Shown here: positions 46,186 to 58,249 of the stretch, piece after piece
Layout: each line of letters starts with the position of its first letter
How positions within the stretch are numbered: position 1 is the first letter of the stretch
Source of the DNA: Rhynchopus sp. YZ270_cl-10
Lineage: Eukaryota
Direction: 5' to 3'
Assembly: GCA_964035575.1 (NCBI GenBank)
Contig: OZ037847.1
Span: 62,001 to 126,000, forward strand
DNA length: 64,000 nucleotides
The notes under the pieces: generated by a model
Told to the model about the DNA's origin: nothing
The model's database searches: none
What the model saw: the letters and a program-made list of their open reading frames with translations, nothing else
Program-made: the position numbers and the translations under genes

Positions 46186-47787
46186 TCAGTCGTAGCGCTT
46201 CGAGGTGAGCGTGTGGTACTGCTGGAAGTCACGTTTGTAAAAACTGTGTGAGGACTCCCAGAGGTAGCGCTGCTGGGCGTTGGTGGTGCAGAGGTTGCGG
46301 CTGTCGATGAAGCTGACGGAGGAGCGCACCCCACGCATGCGCTTGGCGATGGTGCAGGCGGCACCTGCTGCGGCGCCTGTGGTGGCACCGCGTGAGAGGG
46401 CGTCTTCGTACTCCCGTTCGTAGAGGTCGTCATGGTTGCTGCGTGTCCATGCACCCATGTCGTCGGACAGCTGTGCTGGTGTGTTAGGGCGTTTGGGCAG
46501 AGCGTCTACTGTTGACGCTGTTGTGGTAGTGGTTGTGGCTGCTGTGGGTATGGGTGTGGATGCGGGGGACTCACCCGCATGTCGTGTGGCATGTGTCCGC
46601 TGTGGACGTGGCACGCTGGTAGGCGGTGCCGACTGTGGCCTGCACACGTAAGGCTGTGGCGTCACTGCAGAGCGCTGGTGTGGCGTCTCCGACCGCAGGA
46701 ACTGCTTCCACTGTATCTCGCGCCGCCGCCGCTGGTTGCGCTCCTCGTCCGCAATGCGCCGCAGGACAGGAGACGAGCGCTCCGTGACGTCCTCCTCCTC
46801 AATGCCCTTCAGCACGAACTGCAGCCGCTTCTCCTGCTCAGAGTACGTCAGCAGCAGCGTCGTATCCTCAGGCTTGCCCAGCGTCGAGGACTCCAACGAG
46901 TCTGTCGCAGGGGTCGTAGGCTTCCCACCACGGAAGCCGTATTTGCGCTTCGCACTATCGTTCGTGTCACTGCCCTGCATGTCCGAGTACAGGTTGTCCT
47001 TGGAGGTGTTGAACTTATGCATAGGCGTCTTCGAGCGCTTCCGCTGAAAGATCTTGCGTTGTGTGTCGCTCTTACGTCGGTACTCCGAATCGTCCACCAG
47101 TGGCTCACCCTCCAACAGCGAGACAAACGTCGTGAAGCCGATCGCCATGCCGCTGTCGATCACATTCGCTGCGTGCCCCGTCAGCTGCACATCGAAGTGC
47201 TTCCTCAGAACGTGCGTCACAAGGTCGACGTTGACTTCACCCGAGCCGTTCGGGTGCCCCCCCAAGGCAACGAAGGTCTCAAGCGCCTCCCGCAGACTGT
47301 CATCGACAGCGCTGAACGGCGTCGACGCTTCTGCGGCAGCCTCCTTCGCCATGTCGTTCATCTGGCTGCTCAGCACAGAGCACACATGGCACACCACCTG
47401 GTGCAGCTCGTCTGTGTCGGTGTATTCGTTCCAACGTGCCTTGGACGTGCCCTGGGGCTTCAGCTTTGACTCAAGGATCTGCTCCACAACTTCTGTCATG
47501 AAGTACGCCCTGTGCACACAGCCACGCAGCAAGAAAGACACGACGTACTTGGCGTAGTCCTCCACACTCGACGACCCGTACACAGGTGCGGGGCGTGTCG
47601 CCAGCTCCTGGAACACTGCCTGCCGTGGTGCGTCGCATGCAGAGGTGGGCAGTTCTGTGCTGCCTTTCCCCTCCATGAGTGCGCTCTGTGGAAGCACCAG
47701 ACGTCTGTGCAGGGTTGAGACACGTGCATTCCAGCTGTCATCGAAGTCCAGCGCAGGTGACTCTGTAAGTCGCCTGCTGTCTGACAT
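46186..47787 (-). CDS. Hypothetical protein with EF-hand-like segment
   Basis: ETFVALGGHPNGSGEVNVD..IGFTTFVSLL; long ORF with genic composition. Confidence 0.7.
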   Translation of the reverse strand: MSDSRRLTESPALDFDDSWNARVSTLHRRLVLPQSALMEGKGSTELPTSACDAPRQAVFQELATRPAPVYGSSSVEDYAKYVVSFLLRGCVHRAYFMTEVVEQILESKLKPQGTSKARWNEYTDTDELHQVVCHVCSVLSSQMNDMAKEAAAEASTPFSAVDDSLREALETFVALGGHPNGSGEVNVDLVTHVLRKHFDVQLTGHAANVIDSGMAIGFTTFVSLLEGEPLVDDSEYRRKSDTQRKIFQRKRSKTPMHKFNTSKDNLYSDMQGSDTNDSAKRKYGFRGGKPTTPATDSLESSTLGKPEDTTLLLTYSEQEKRLQFVLKGIEEEDVTERSSPVLRRIADEERNQRRRREIQWKQFLRSETPHQRSAVTPQPYVCRPQSAPPTSVPRPQRTHATRHAGESPASTPIPTAATTTTTTASTVDALPKRPNTPAQLSDDMGAWTRSNHDDLYEREYEDALSRGATTGAAAGAACTIAKRMRGVRSSVSFIDSRNLCTTNAQQRYLWESSHSFYKRDFQQYHTLTSKRYD

Positions 47788-47878
47788 CACATGTATTGTG
47801 TGGTGTACTGTTGAATGGGTGACTGGGTGGTGTGGAAACTGGTTAAGTGAAAGAGGGGGGTGTGGTTTTGTAATGCGG

Positions 47879-50053
47879 TTAACTGCTGTTTAAGGACGTC
47901 TCGCAGACGTCATGTGAATGACTGTCGCGTATTGACTGACTGAGCTTCCGCCCCGAGGCGCAGCTCGTAGGGGAGCTGAGGCGGCGGGGCGGTGCCGACT
48001 GCGGTCTTTTGAGGGTGCTTTTTCGCCGTGCAGACGGCTTTCCATCCTTCTTCATTGTGTGGGGGACGTGGTTGAGTGCGTCAACTGCTTCCAACGGGGA
48101 TAGGTTGTTCGTGTCAAGCACGGAGTCGTGGTCTTGAATGTCTGCCGAATCTGTGTCCTCAGACTGCTCATCATCAGAGGCAGGGATGGCTATGGGCGGT
48201 GCCGTCTGTGCCGCAGGCGAGAGGCCAGCCACGTACGTCGACACAGGCGACGCTACGGCAGCAGCCGTTGCCTTGAGGTGGTTGTTCTCTGCTGTCAGGT
48301 GCTTGCGCTCCTTTGCGAACAGGACACGTTCCCGCTGCTCCGTCAAGAGACACTTCTTGAACTGCCGGCTCAGGATCTTGGACTCATGCTGTGTGACGTG
48401 GAGACGTGTCTTGTAGTACTCAAGCGCCTCCTCCGAAGCGTGGTGCTTCTGCTTCACACGCCACTCCTCCTTCTCCTGGCGCTCCTCACGCTGGCGGCGG
48501 TACTCCTGCTCGCGCAGGTGAGCGGCGAAGAAGACTTGGTACTCACCGCGCATGTCGTCAGTTTCCTTCTTCAGGCGCGACACAGTGCGCTTCAATGACG
48601 ACGCCTCCTGGCGCAGCTGCGAGCTGTGCTTGCGTTGCAGCTGCAGCTGGTGCTCCAGACACGCCTTGTCGTTGCGCAGGGCCTTGACCTCTGAATGGGT
48701 TGTGCACGACTTTGCTTGCTTGAGACGCTTTGAGAGAGTGAGGAGCTGCTCATCATGCTTGGTGATGAGCATCGCCGACTGGCAGAGGCGGTCCTGCTGG
48801 TGTTGGATCTTCTGCTCGACTTTGTTGTTGCGCTCCTTCACGATCTGCGCCTTCTCGACGCTGAGGGCCTTTGCTTCTGATGCCATGGTGTGCAGGCGTT
48901 GTCGCAGCTGCGCAACCTCCTCCAGCGCAGCGTCCCTTTCTTGCGCTGCGGTGTGGAGCTCCTCCACCTTGCGCTCTGCTGTCCGGCGCTGCATCTCTAT
49001 TGCGGTAGTGCGGCGGATGAGTGCTTCTTCACGGTCTTCGTGTTCACTGCGGAGTGCTGTGATCTCCTTTTTGAGTGCTGTCTGCACTTGGATGACGACC
49101 TCTGCCTCGACACCTGTGTTGGCGGTGCGGAGGGCGAGCTCCTCACGCAGGTCTGCTGTCTCCTTCTCGAGCTTGTCGTAGCGTGCTGCAGAGCGGTCGA
49201 GACGGTCCTGCATCTCTGCCATGTCGTCCACCTGCCGCATGAGGTAGAGGCGCAGCTTCACACGCACGTAGTCCAGCACAGAGAGGGGCGGCTCCTTCGC
49301 CATCTTCTCGACACGCTTGCGCACGTCTGCCGCAGTGCCCTCGTTCGCAGCAAGCGACAGCAATGCGCCCACCCCTGTCGTGCGCACAGCCTGCTCCAAC
49401 GCATTGTGCTTCGTGGCCTGCTCCGCCAGCTTCGCAGCCTTGTTCACCAGCACCACCCGCTCCTCTTCCACCTCCTCACGCAGCCCCGACAGCTCCGCAG
49501 CCAACGTCGTGCACCGCACTGCATTGTACTCCGCCACCTTCCCCAGCTCGTCCCTCTCGGACTCTGCCTCCGTCGCACGCACCACAGCCACCTGCAAATC
49601 CTCACGCAGTGCTTGGATCTCACCTTCCATCTCTGCCTCAAGACGCTGTCTGGCACGCTCGTCGTTTGAGTGCATCGCTTCTGCCTCTGGTGCGCTGTCC
49701 TTTCTGTTGAAGGGCGACCCGCTGCTTTGTGGTGACCTGGCTGGGGCCTTCTGTGGTGTCGACAGTGGCATTGCTGCTGCAGGCCGCTTCAGCGTAGGTG
49801 ACGCATCTTGCGAAGAGAAGCCTCGGAAGTCCCCCATCCCTGCAGGCGACACACGCTCATCTGCTTCGGGCACGCCATTGAGGTTGACACTGCCGTGGCT
49901 GCTCTTCAGCAGCACTGCAGAGGCCTGGGTCCTGGAGGGTGGCGAGGTCGACGCAGCCGTGTGCACCTGTCCAGGAATACGTCCTAACCGCGCAGGTTTC
50001 TTCGGATCCGCCGACAATGTGCTAGTCGCAGACATTCCAGTGTTCCGCTTCAT
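47879..50053 (-). CDS. Long coiled-coil protein (724 aa)
   Basis: Extended E/K/R/Q/L heptads; long open frame. Confidence 0.8.
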   Translation of the reverse strand: MKRNTGMSATSTLSADPKKPARLGRIPGQVHTAASTSPPSRTQASAVLLKSSHGSVNLNGVPEADERVSPAGMGDFRGFSSQDASPTLKRPAAAMPLSTPQKAPARSPQSSGSPFNRKDSAPEAEAMHSNDERARQRLEAEMEGEIQALREDLQVAVVRATEAESERDELGKVAEYNAVRCTTLAAELSGLREEVEEERVVLVNKAAKLAEQATKHNALEQAVRTTGVGALLSLAANEGTAADVRKRVEKMAKEPPLSVLDYVRVKLRLYLMRQVDDMAEMQDRLDRSAARYDKLEKETADLREELALRTANTGVEAEVVIQVQTALKKEITALRSEHEDREEALIRRTTAIEMQRRTAERKVEELHTAAQERDAALEEVAQLRQRLHTMASEAKALSVEKAQIVKERNNKVEQKIQHQQDRLCQSAMLITKHDEQLLTLSKRLKQAKSCTTHSEVKALRNDKACLEHQLQLQRKHSSQLRQEASSLKRTVSRLKKETDDMRGEYQVFFAAHLREQEYRRQREERQEKEEWRVKQKHHASEEALEYYKTRLHVTQHESKILSRQFKKCLLTEQRERVLFAKERKHLTAENNHLKATAAAVASPVSTYVAGLSPAAQTAPPIAIPASDDEQSEDTDSADIQDHDSVLDTNNLSPLEAVDALNHVPHTMKKDGKPSARRKSTLKRPQSAPPRRLSSPTSCASGRKLSQSIRDSHSHDVCETSLNSS

Positions 50054-51109
50054 TGTGAGAAGAGGGCTTTTTCTGAGGGGCTATCTTTTACTTCATTTTG
50101 AAAAATTTGAAGAAAAGTCTCCGAAGAAAGATACCTAAAAAGTTGAGATGAGGAGAGAAGGAAGGATGGAGGGAAAGAGGGGAGTGTTTGTTAAGTCAAT
50201 GGGATATTTGGAGGGGGGCCTATTTTTTTGTGCTCATTCTAATGCAACAACGGGGGAGGGAGGAGGAGATAGGGCTTATGTCAGGGGAGGGAAAAAATAT
50301 ACATTCTGACCCCAAGAGGTGGGGGTGATGGGGAAAGGGGGTTGTGGTTGTGGTTGTGTGTTTTGGGGGGAAACAGTTCTTCTTTTTTCGAGGACGGAAT
50401 ACAGCCTCGAGAAGGTGGCGTGTTTCACAAGGTGATCCTAAGCCTCTGTACGATAGTCACCTTAAAAGGGGAGTATTGGAGTGTGGTACAGCTTCTTGGG
50501 GGGTTCACACTACAACCAAGATTTCACATATGGGATTGTGGGGGGTGTTTGGCAAAAAAGAGGAGATGTTCAGGTTAAAGAGAGGCGTTGTGGTGTGCAC
50601 AGAAATATTCACTCAGACAGCTTGTCTGAACTATATTTGTGACGCGATATTCCATGGTACCGCTTTATATCATTATTGTGTTGACAATTTTGTCATAAGT
50701 ACGTTTTCCCTCAGATTAACTGATTGCACTAAACAACTTCTCAGGCAAGACATGTCATTTCTTGTAAAAATTTGAGGAGGGTGACACTCAAAACACCAAA
50801 CATTCGAGAGAGGGGTTTAATAAAATAACAAAAGGTAAAGGTTGCAAACGACACTAAGCCACGTCGTCACCTTGTTAGGGGATAAGGAGGGGGACACCCA
50901 TCATTCTACGTGGCAATGCGTACAGTAGCGTTGCTTGAATGGGCTGGGGGGCAATAAAAGATCTACAGACGTAACAAGGTTTCTTCAATACGTTTCACTC
51001 CGAGAACTGACGCAACAAGAGGGGGGTTATGCCCGCTTCCTACGCTTCCTACACAACAGCACAACTAAACAGATACAAACAAATCCCTACCCACCCCATC
51101 CCCTTTCTT

Positions 51110-52831
51110 CTACCTCCGTGAGGAAACGCCCGCGGAGGAACTTCTTGCGCTCACTTGGTGGCTTGCGGGGGCACGGGAGTAGGGGTCGCGTGCCTTGGGG
51201 GCGTACTTCTTTGCCAGGCGCTCCTTCTTCTTTTGCTCGCTGTGTGGGTTGTGTATGTGTGTGGTGAAATTAGTGGGATTCCAAACCACAATGTGTTTTG
51301 TGTGTTGTAAAAATGCAGTAGCGTAGTGCCATACCGAGCCCTCTCCTCCTCGTCAGCCTCCTCCTCCCGTGCACGTTCAATCTCTTGGTACTTTATCGAC
51401 GTCTCGTGGACCAGGTTGAGGAGGTGCGTGCTGTTGCGCACGATCTCTGTCGTAAAGGGCACCTCACTCTTGCCTTGGTCGGTCATCTGTGTGGTGTGAT
51501 GTGATGGTGATGTGGTGGTAGTGTTGTGAGGGTAATTCTTGAAAAACAGATGCAGGTAAGAAAATAACAAACGAAGAAAGTTCGGATCCAGAAACAACAA
51601 TGGAGTGTGGGCATACCATATCGTAGCACGTAACAAGCTGCTTCAGTGCGGAGAGCAGCGGCTCAATGATGTCAAGCGGCATCTCCTCCCCACGCAGTGT
51701 CCACCGCTCGTGCTCTGCTTGCGGCCCGTGGATCTCTTCTATTTGCGCGTGCACGAATTTGAATGCGTCGCAGAAGGACTGCAGACCTCTGAAGGGCTGC
51801 ATGGCTTGGAAGTACGCCTCGTCAGGGTCGGTGCTGTTCTCCACCACGTCTGCAGGGAGCTCCATCGTCACGGGTGGGATGAGCGACGCCTTTTCGTTGA
51901 TCTCGCCGACAAAGCAGAAGTCCGAATCGAGGTTGATGGCAGCCGCCTTGAGCAGCATCATCGTCTCCTCGAGCTTCGTCAGCAGGCGCTCTGGCTGCGC
52001 GTAGGGCCCGACGAGCTCGTCCATGTACGTGAGCAGCTCCTGCTCTTGCCTCTGCAGAGTGGTCTGCGCACGCTTGAGGTCGGCCTCGAGTATGCCTTTG
52101 ACGTCGACAATCTCTTGGTAGTACTCCTCACGGCGCTGCTTTGCGTCGATCGTCTCACGCTTCTCGTGCAGGAGAAGCTGCTTCTTGTCGGTCACCTCCT
52201 TCAGCTGTGCGGTGAGCGTGTCTGCCACAGTCTGGTTGTTGTGCATCTGGGAGTGCACGTTCTGGTAGTAGTGGCCCTGCAGCGCACCCAGCTCCTCATG
52301 GTCGCGGAGCAGTGCCTTCAGTGTCTCGGAGCCTTCGACACGCAGGTCCTCACAGCTGATGAGACGGCTTTCGAGCTTGCGGAGGTGGCGCTCGCGCTCC
52401 TCAAGGGACTGCAGCTGTTTGAGGAGTGCCTCTGCGTCGTGCGACGTAGCGCCCGACTGGTTGAGACGTGCCACTGCACCCTCCAGGTCTGCCTCGAGCT
52501 TGCTCAGCGTCCTGTCCTTCTCCTCGCGATGCTGCTGCAGGCTCTGCAGCTCGCGCTGCAAGGTGCCCATCTTCTTCTCCTGCACCTCAAGCGCGTGGTC
52601 CGCCTCGTACCGCCGCACAGTCAGCGACGCACGTCCGTCGGCATCGTTCACAAGCGAGCAGTGCAGGTCGTTCTCGCTCTGCCGCAGGTGCTTCAGCAGC
52701 TCGTCGATCTCAAAGCGGTTTGTTGTGTGCGTGTCGAACATACGTGTCATCACCTCCTTCAGCTCGTGTGCGTGCACATCCAGCTGCTCATTGCGGACAG
52801 GAGCTACGTTACGGGACTCAACGTGTGTCAT
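51110..52831 (-). CDS. Coiled-coil hypothetical protein; introns 51487-51616 and 51240-51334
   Basis: Both GTATG..CAG introns maintain frame to ..EQKKKERLAKK..SSRR*. Confidence 0.75.
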
Positions 52832-53127
52832 AGTATCTTTCCTTTTGTTGTCGTGCCCCTCCACCTCCAGGGGTCTGTCAGGGTGTTGGGAGGGAGGGAG
52901 GAGGGAAGGAAGAGGGAGGGGAGAGGGGGCTCTTCAAATGTGAGAGAAAACTGAATCAAAACAGTGCTCTTATTCTTTATTCTTTGCTCCTTGACACAGA
53001 AAATCATGTGTTGCAAAAAGAACCAATTTACCGCTTTCTTAATAAGATCAGAACGGAACAACACCTGCGGAAGCAGAGTGCCAAACCCCGTCCACATCAC
53101 CACCCATCCCCCGTCCCCCAGAAGAAA

Positions 53128-53946
53128 TCACGCTACCAACGCAAACAACACGAACACCAGCCACATCCAGAGCTGTGGGGAAAGGACCCCTGACGGTGCC
53201 GCAGCGAGTCTGCAGTACTCACGGTTGCTGCACATCGGGTTTGCATCGCGGTGTGCACAGGTGTGGTCGGAGCAGGTGTCAGTGAAGAAGAGACACTTCT
53301 GCCAGTGCTCGACACACAGCGAGGGGTCATCCATGAGGGGGTCCGAACCTTCGACACGGTACACCGACTCGAGGAGCAGGCCACGTGCATGCGAGACGTG
53401 CTTGCCGCAGAGCATCTTCTGCTGGCATTTCTCAAACTCGCCGCCTAGGAAGTCTGTGTCGACACTGAAGCAGGCCTCTGCGTCCATGTAGCAGGAGATG
53501 TCCTTGCTGCACTCCACCATGCCCGACAGCGGCCCAGAGGTGACAGCACCACCCAGGCACTCACACAGCAGCTTCTCCGCTGTGAGCAGCTCCATGAACA
53601 GCACGCCAGACATCGGGAGCAGCACGTTGTTGTAGCAGTCGCTTGGCGTCGTGTTCGCGACGAAGAGATTGCTCACTTGGCAGGCGTTGTACCAGAGGTT
53701 CGTGATGACCTTTGAGATGTTCGAGCGTTTTGTGTGGAGGTTGCAGATGCTTATGTTGCTCTTTGTGCACTGCAACCCGTACGTCATGTCGGTGTCGACA
53801 CACGGCTCCTGCAGGTGCAGGGTGCTGTTCCACTCCTTCGCCCCTGCCTGCCAATACTCTTCAAGCATGTCTGTGGCAGCGTTCATCTCTGGAATGGCAC
53901 ACAGCAACGCAAACACAACAAAGGCATATTGCGCTGCTCGTCTCAT
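53128..53946 (-). CDS. Cysteine-rich secreted/GPI-anchored-like surface protein
   Basis: N-terminal signal, many Cys, hydrophobic C-terminal tail. Confidence 0.75.
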   Translation of the reverse strand: MRRAAQYAFVVFALLCAIPEMNAATDMLEEYWQAGAKEWNSTLHLQEPCVDTDMTYGLQCTKSNISICNLHTKRSNISKVITNLWYNACQVSNLFVANTTPSDCYNNVLLPMSGVLFMELLTAEKLLCECLGGAVTSGPLSGMVECSKDISCYMDAEACFSVDTDFLGGEFEKCQQKMLCGKHVSHARGLLLESVYRVEGSDPLMDDPSLCVEHWQKCLFFTDTCSDHTCAHRDANPMCSNREYCRLAAAPSGVLSPQLWMWLVFVLFALVA

Positions 53947-54162
53947 TGTGGTTTAGCTGTTGGCGTTGTTGGGTGGTGGAGAGGGGGGAGTGCAGGCATG
54001 CATTAATGCAGAAGAGAAGAACGCGTGAAAGAAGAAGGGAGGGGGGCTCTTTTGACGTTGGTTGTAACAAAAAAATACCGTGGTCTAAGTACACGAAGGT
54101 TTCTAGGTGGGGCGGGGTGGGTTAATATGGTAACACTGGGTTGTTGGGTTGTTGGGTGGGGT

Positions 54163-57100
54163 CTATGGGAAGGAGACTTCTCTGTTATTAGGTTCGTTCA
54201 AGCAGCCACGGAGGTGGCGGGTGCAGGCGTTGAGAAGCGCGTCGTGGCTGCTGGCGTGGGTGGACTTGCTCTGCATCCATTTTTGCACACGTCTGATCAG
54301 CACGAACACGTGTGAAGGGTCCTGCACGGCACCTGCAAAGGGAAAGGAAGAAATGGTGAAAGTGTTTGGCGTATAAAGTGTACAACATACCTGACTTCCG
54401 CAGTGACTGCAGCAGCTTGTACACCCGGTCAGGGTGTCCAAACAGCGCCTTTGTGTACTGGCAAAACCAGTTTTCGCATTCACGGGTAAGACGGCGGAAT
54501 GCGGCTAACATCGCGGGCTGAGGTGGAAAGGAGATGCATATGATACAGAGAAGGTTGCAAGACGTCAGTCTTGATGAGTCTTGATAAAGTTACATACATC
54601 CTGTGCACTGTGCTGCGCTAGTTTGTCGGTCACACTTTGGTAGAATGTGAAGAAGGAGTCGACGATGAGAAGGCCGTTGCGTTGGCGGCTTTTGGACACA
54701 AGCTGTGAAGTGATGTGGTGGGTGATGTGGTGGGTGATGTGATGTGGTGATGGTTATGTGACTGCATACCTCCTGAAAGCCGCGTGCCGTCGCCTCAAGG
54801 CTACGGTTCGCCTCCATCTGTGTGTGCAGCTCCTCCAGCTGCTTCTCAAGCTGCGCTGTCTGCACTGTAGCAAAGCGCAGTGTCCCCGTGCCCCACTCCT
54901 CATTGCTGTCCATGTCGGTTGCGGCCTCCGACGGTGCAGAGGGGGCAGCAAGGGTGAGAAGGTTGCCAGGCATCTGTCGTGGGCGCAGGTGGGATGAGAA
55001 GTTGCTGCTGGCGCTGCTGGCAGGGTCGAACAGCGTGTCGCGTGGGAAGAGGCCCTTGGCAGAGGCGCTCCTGCTGCCGCATGCACTGGTGCCGCACTGT
55101 GAAGGTGCGCTGCCCCGCTGCGAGCCGCTGCTGCTGCGCGCTGAGCCACGCACTCTGTTCACACGGTGGCGTGAACGTGGCATGCGCTCGTCAGCAGACT
55201 CAGACATATCGTCGTCAAAGGCAAGCGCACGCCCCGCACCGTGCTGGGGCAGCTGCCTCAACATAGCAAGAGGCGACTGCATCACACGCGGCTGCAGCTG
55301 TGGGTGGAAGGTGGCAGGTGTGCGCTCGTGTGTGAGGCTCTGTTCCCTCCGCTGCGAGGTGCAAGGCGTAGGTGTGCCCACGGGGATGAGCAGCTCTGTG
55401 TGTGGTGTCTGCCGTGCCTGTGGTGGCAGGGACGCACGCTCGCGCGCCTCGGTGAGTCTGTTGTCGGGCTCTGCCTCAGCGTCCTCTTCGGTCTTACGCT
55501 CGAGCTGTGCCTTGAGCATCGCCGTGTGCACGGCAAGCTGCTCCTCACGCTGGCGGAGCTGCTTCTCGCCCTCCTCCTGCATCTGTGCCAGCTGCCGTTC
55601 CTTCTCCTGCTGCAGCTGCTGCAGCTCGGCCTCTCTGTGCCGGGCAGACTCTTCTGCTTCGCGTTGGTGGATACGCAGCTCTTCTTCGCTCTGCTCGCGT
55701 TGGCGCTTGAGCTGCACTTCCTGCTCCTCTTGCTGCTTCTTCCACGTCTCGCCGAGACGTTCTTCTTCACGTGCACGCAGCTGCAGCTCCTCTTGCTCGC
55801 GGGTGACGGCAAGACGCTGCTCCTCGATGCGCTGCTGCTGCTGCTGCATGCTCTCGTGCTCGAGGCGGAGACGCTCTTCTTGGCGGTGGTGCTCTTCTTC
55901 GATCTTGCGCTGCTCGACACGCAGTGCGTCGACCTTGAGCTGCATCGTCTTCTCACGCTCCTCGAGGAAGCGCTGCTGCTCCTCCTCTGCCTTCTGCTGC
56001 TCGCGACGCAGCGTCTGCATGTGGCGCTGCACGTCACGTTCACGCTGCGCGTGCGCTGCAAGCTGCTCATCCTCGATATGCTGCAACTCCGCCACACGCG
56101 CCTGGTGGGCCTGCTGCTGTGCCTCCATCTCCTCACGTCGTCGTGCCTCGCGTGCACGCTCCTCCTGCTCGAGACGCTCGCGCTGTGCGGCCACCTCACG
56201 TCCCTGCATCTGACGCAACGACTCCAGACGCGTCTCCTCCTCTGTCACACGCCGCTTCGCCCCCTCCGCCTCCTCCTCGATAGCGTGCAGGCGACGCTGC
56301 TGCTCTGCAACCTGCACCTCTGTCAGCCGTGCTGCTTCCTCGCCTTGCGCGACACGTGCCTCTTTGTCTTGCTGCTCGCGCTTCAGCTCTGCAACCTGCG
56401 CGTCAAGGCGTGTCATCTCCTCGCGTGCGCGCTGGTGCACCTCCTCTTGCTCCTGCTCGACCTCGCGGCGTTGTTGTGAGAGGCGCTGTCGTGCGGCTCT
56501 GTTCTCACGCTGCATGTCTTCTTGCTCTTGGCGGAGGGTCTCTTCGTTGATGAGTTGGTCCTGCTCTGCAGCAGCCTGCTCGGCACGTAGGCGTTGCAGC
56601 TGCAGCTGTACCTGCGCCTCACGCTCTTTTAGGTCTGCGTCCTGCTGCGACTCTGCCTGCTGCTGTTGCTGCTTCAGCAGGTCGATGCGCTCCTGCACCT
56701 CAGCCTCCTTCTGCGCCAACACCCTCTTCTGCTCCTTCTCCCTCTCTGCAAGCTCCTGCACACGCTCTTCATGTGCCCTCTGCATTTTACCCTCCTCGCG
56801 CAACATATGGGCCTGACGATTCCTCTTCTCCTCGTCAAGACGCTCCTGCACCTCTGCCTCCTTCTGCGCCAGAACCCTCTGCTGCTCCTTCTCCCTCTCC
56901 ACAAGCTCCTGTTGCGCCCTTTGCACTTTGCCCTCCTCACGCAACGTCTCTGCATGGCGACGCTTCTCTTCTTCGATGCGTTCCTGCACCTCTGCTTCCT
57001 TCTGCGCCAACACCCTCTTCTGCTCCTTCTCCCTCTCTGCCAACTCCTGCACACGCTCTTCATGTGCCCTCTGCATTTTACCTTCTTCCTGCAGCATATG

Positions 57101-58249
57101 AGCCTGCCGGCTCCGCTTCTCCTCCTCAATGCGGGCACGCTGCTCACTCAGCTCCCTTGCTTGGAGCAGCTTTAGAGCCTCAAGACGTTTCTCCTCTTCC
57201 GCGACACGAAGCTTTGCTGCAGTCTCATCTTCTTCGAGCGCTCTGCGACTGGCAAGGAGACGTTCTTCTGCTTCCCTTTCGTCTGGCAGGTCAGACTCCA
57301 TCGACACATCAGCGGACGCATTCCCTTCTGCACGCGCCGCCTTCTGCTTGAGGTGACGCTCTCTGGCGGCACGGTAGGTCAAGCCTTTTGGCGTCTCTGT
57401 TGACGGGCAATGCTTAGGTGCGTTGTGTGAAGTGCCTGGCGACACGGCCTCTGTAGGCTGCAGCGCTGTTGTGGTCGTGCAGCACTCAATGAGTTTGTGC
57501 AGGCCTTCCTCAGACGAATCATCACCCGCCTCTGAGTCTGGGATATGCTGCCACGACTCCGACGAGGCACGTGTCTGCCAACGCCCCTGCACTGCTAACG
57601 GAACAGACGTCTGCTCTTCAGGTGCGTTTTGGTTCAGCTGCGTTCTCTTCGCCTTCGGACGTACAACGGTGCGTGCTGTGGTGGGCACCTTCGCCTTCCC
57701 ACCGCTGTTCGACCTAGTCCTCTTTGGAACAATCGGTGCAACTTTGCGTGCCTGCGGGCTGTTGCAAGGCTTGCGCAGAACACTTCTCGGTGACGTCGTG
57801 CTGCGTGCGCTAGGCGACACTGCTAACGTATCTGGAAGCGACCTTCTGACCGGCATCTTCCCGCCTCGCGTGGTAGGGCTCGGGCTTTTTGCTGAGAGAC
57901 GTGGTTTGAGGGTGGTTTTGTCGTCAGCCTTAATCTCGACAGGGGCGCCGATGACTCCGGTCCTGAGGGAGAGCGGTGTGAAGGCGGTGATGATTGGACA
58001 GGGCTTGCCTTTGGTGACTTCTTCCAAGACGCAGAGCTTCCCGATGGAGACAGTGCCGTCTGCCACGCTCTCACAGAGGGCTGCGTCGAGCTGCAGGAAG
58101 GTGCTGTGGCGGCCGTCGCTGACCTGCAAGTGATACCCCTCACGTTGCTTCGCGATCTGCAAGATTTGCACCGTAGTGTTCCGTGGCAGCACCCCACTGC
58201 TCTCATGCAGGCGCGCGACACAGCCTGCACTGAGCAGGGTAGGGTCCAT
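54163..58249 (-). CDS. Large coiled-coil protein with N-terminal RPA70N-like OB fold; introns 54703-54769, 54518-54597, 54333-54390
   Basis: VQILQI..YHLQVSDGRH..; internal EKEQKRVLAQKEAEVQER repeats; three introns keep frame. Confidence 0.75.

Noticed and set aside
47879..50053. PIBF1/CEP90 orthology
   Set aside because: Only one short vaguely similar motif within a generic coiled coil
19081..57351. Many long plus-strand ORFs overlapping genes
   Set aside because: Antisense shadows of GC-rich minus-strand CDSs with no recognisable domains
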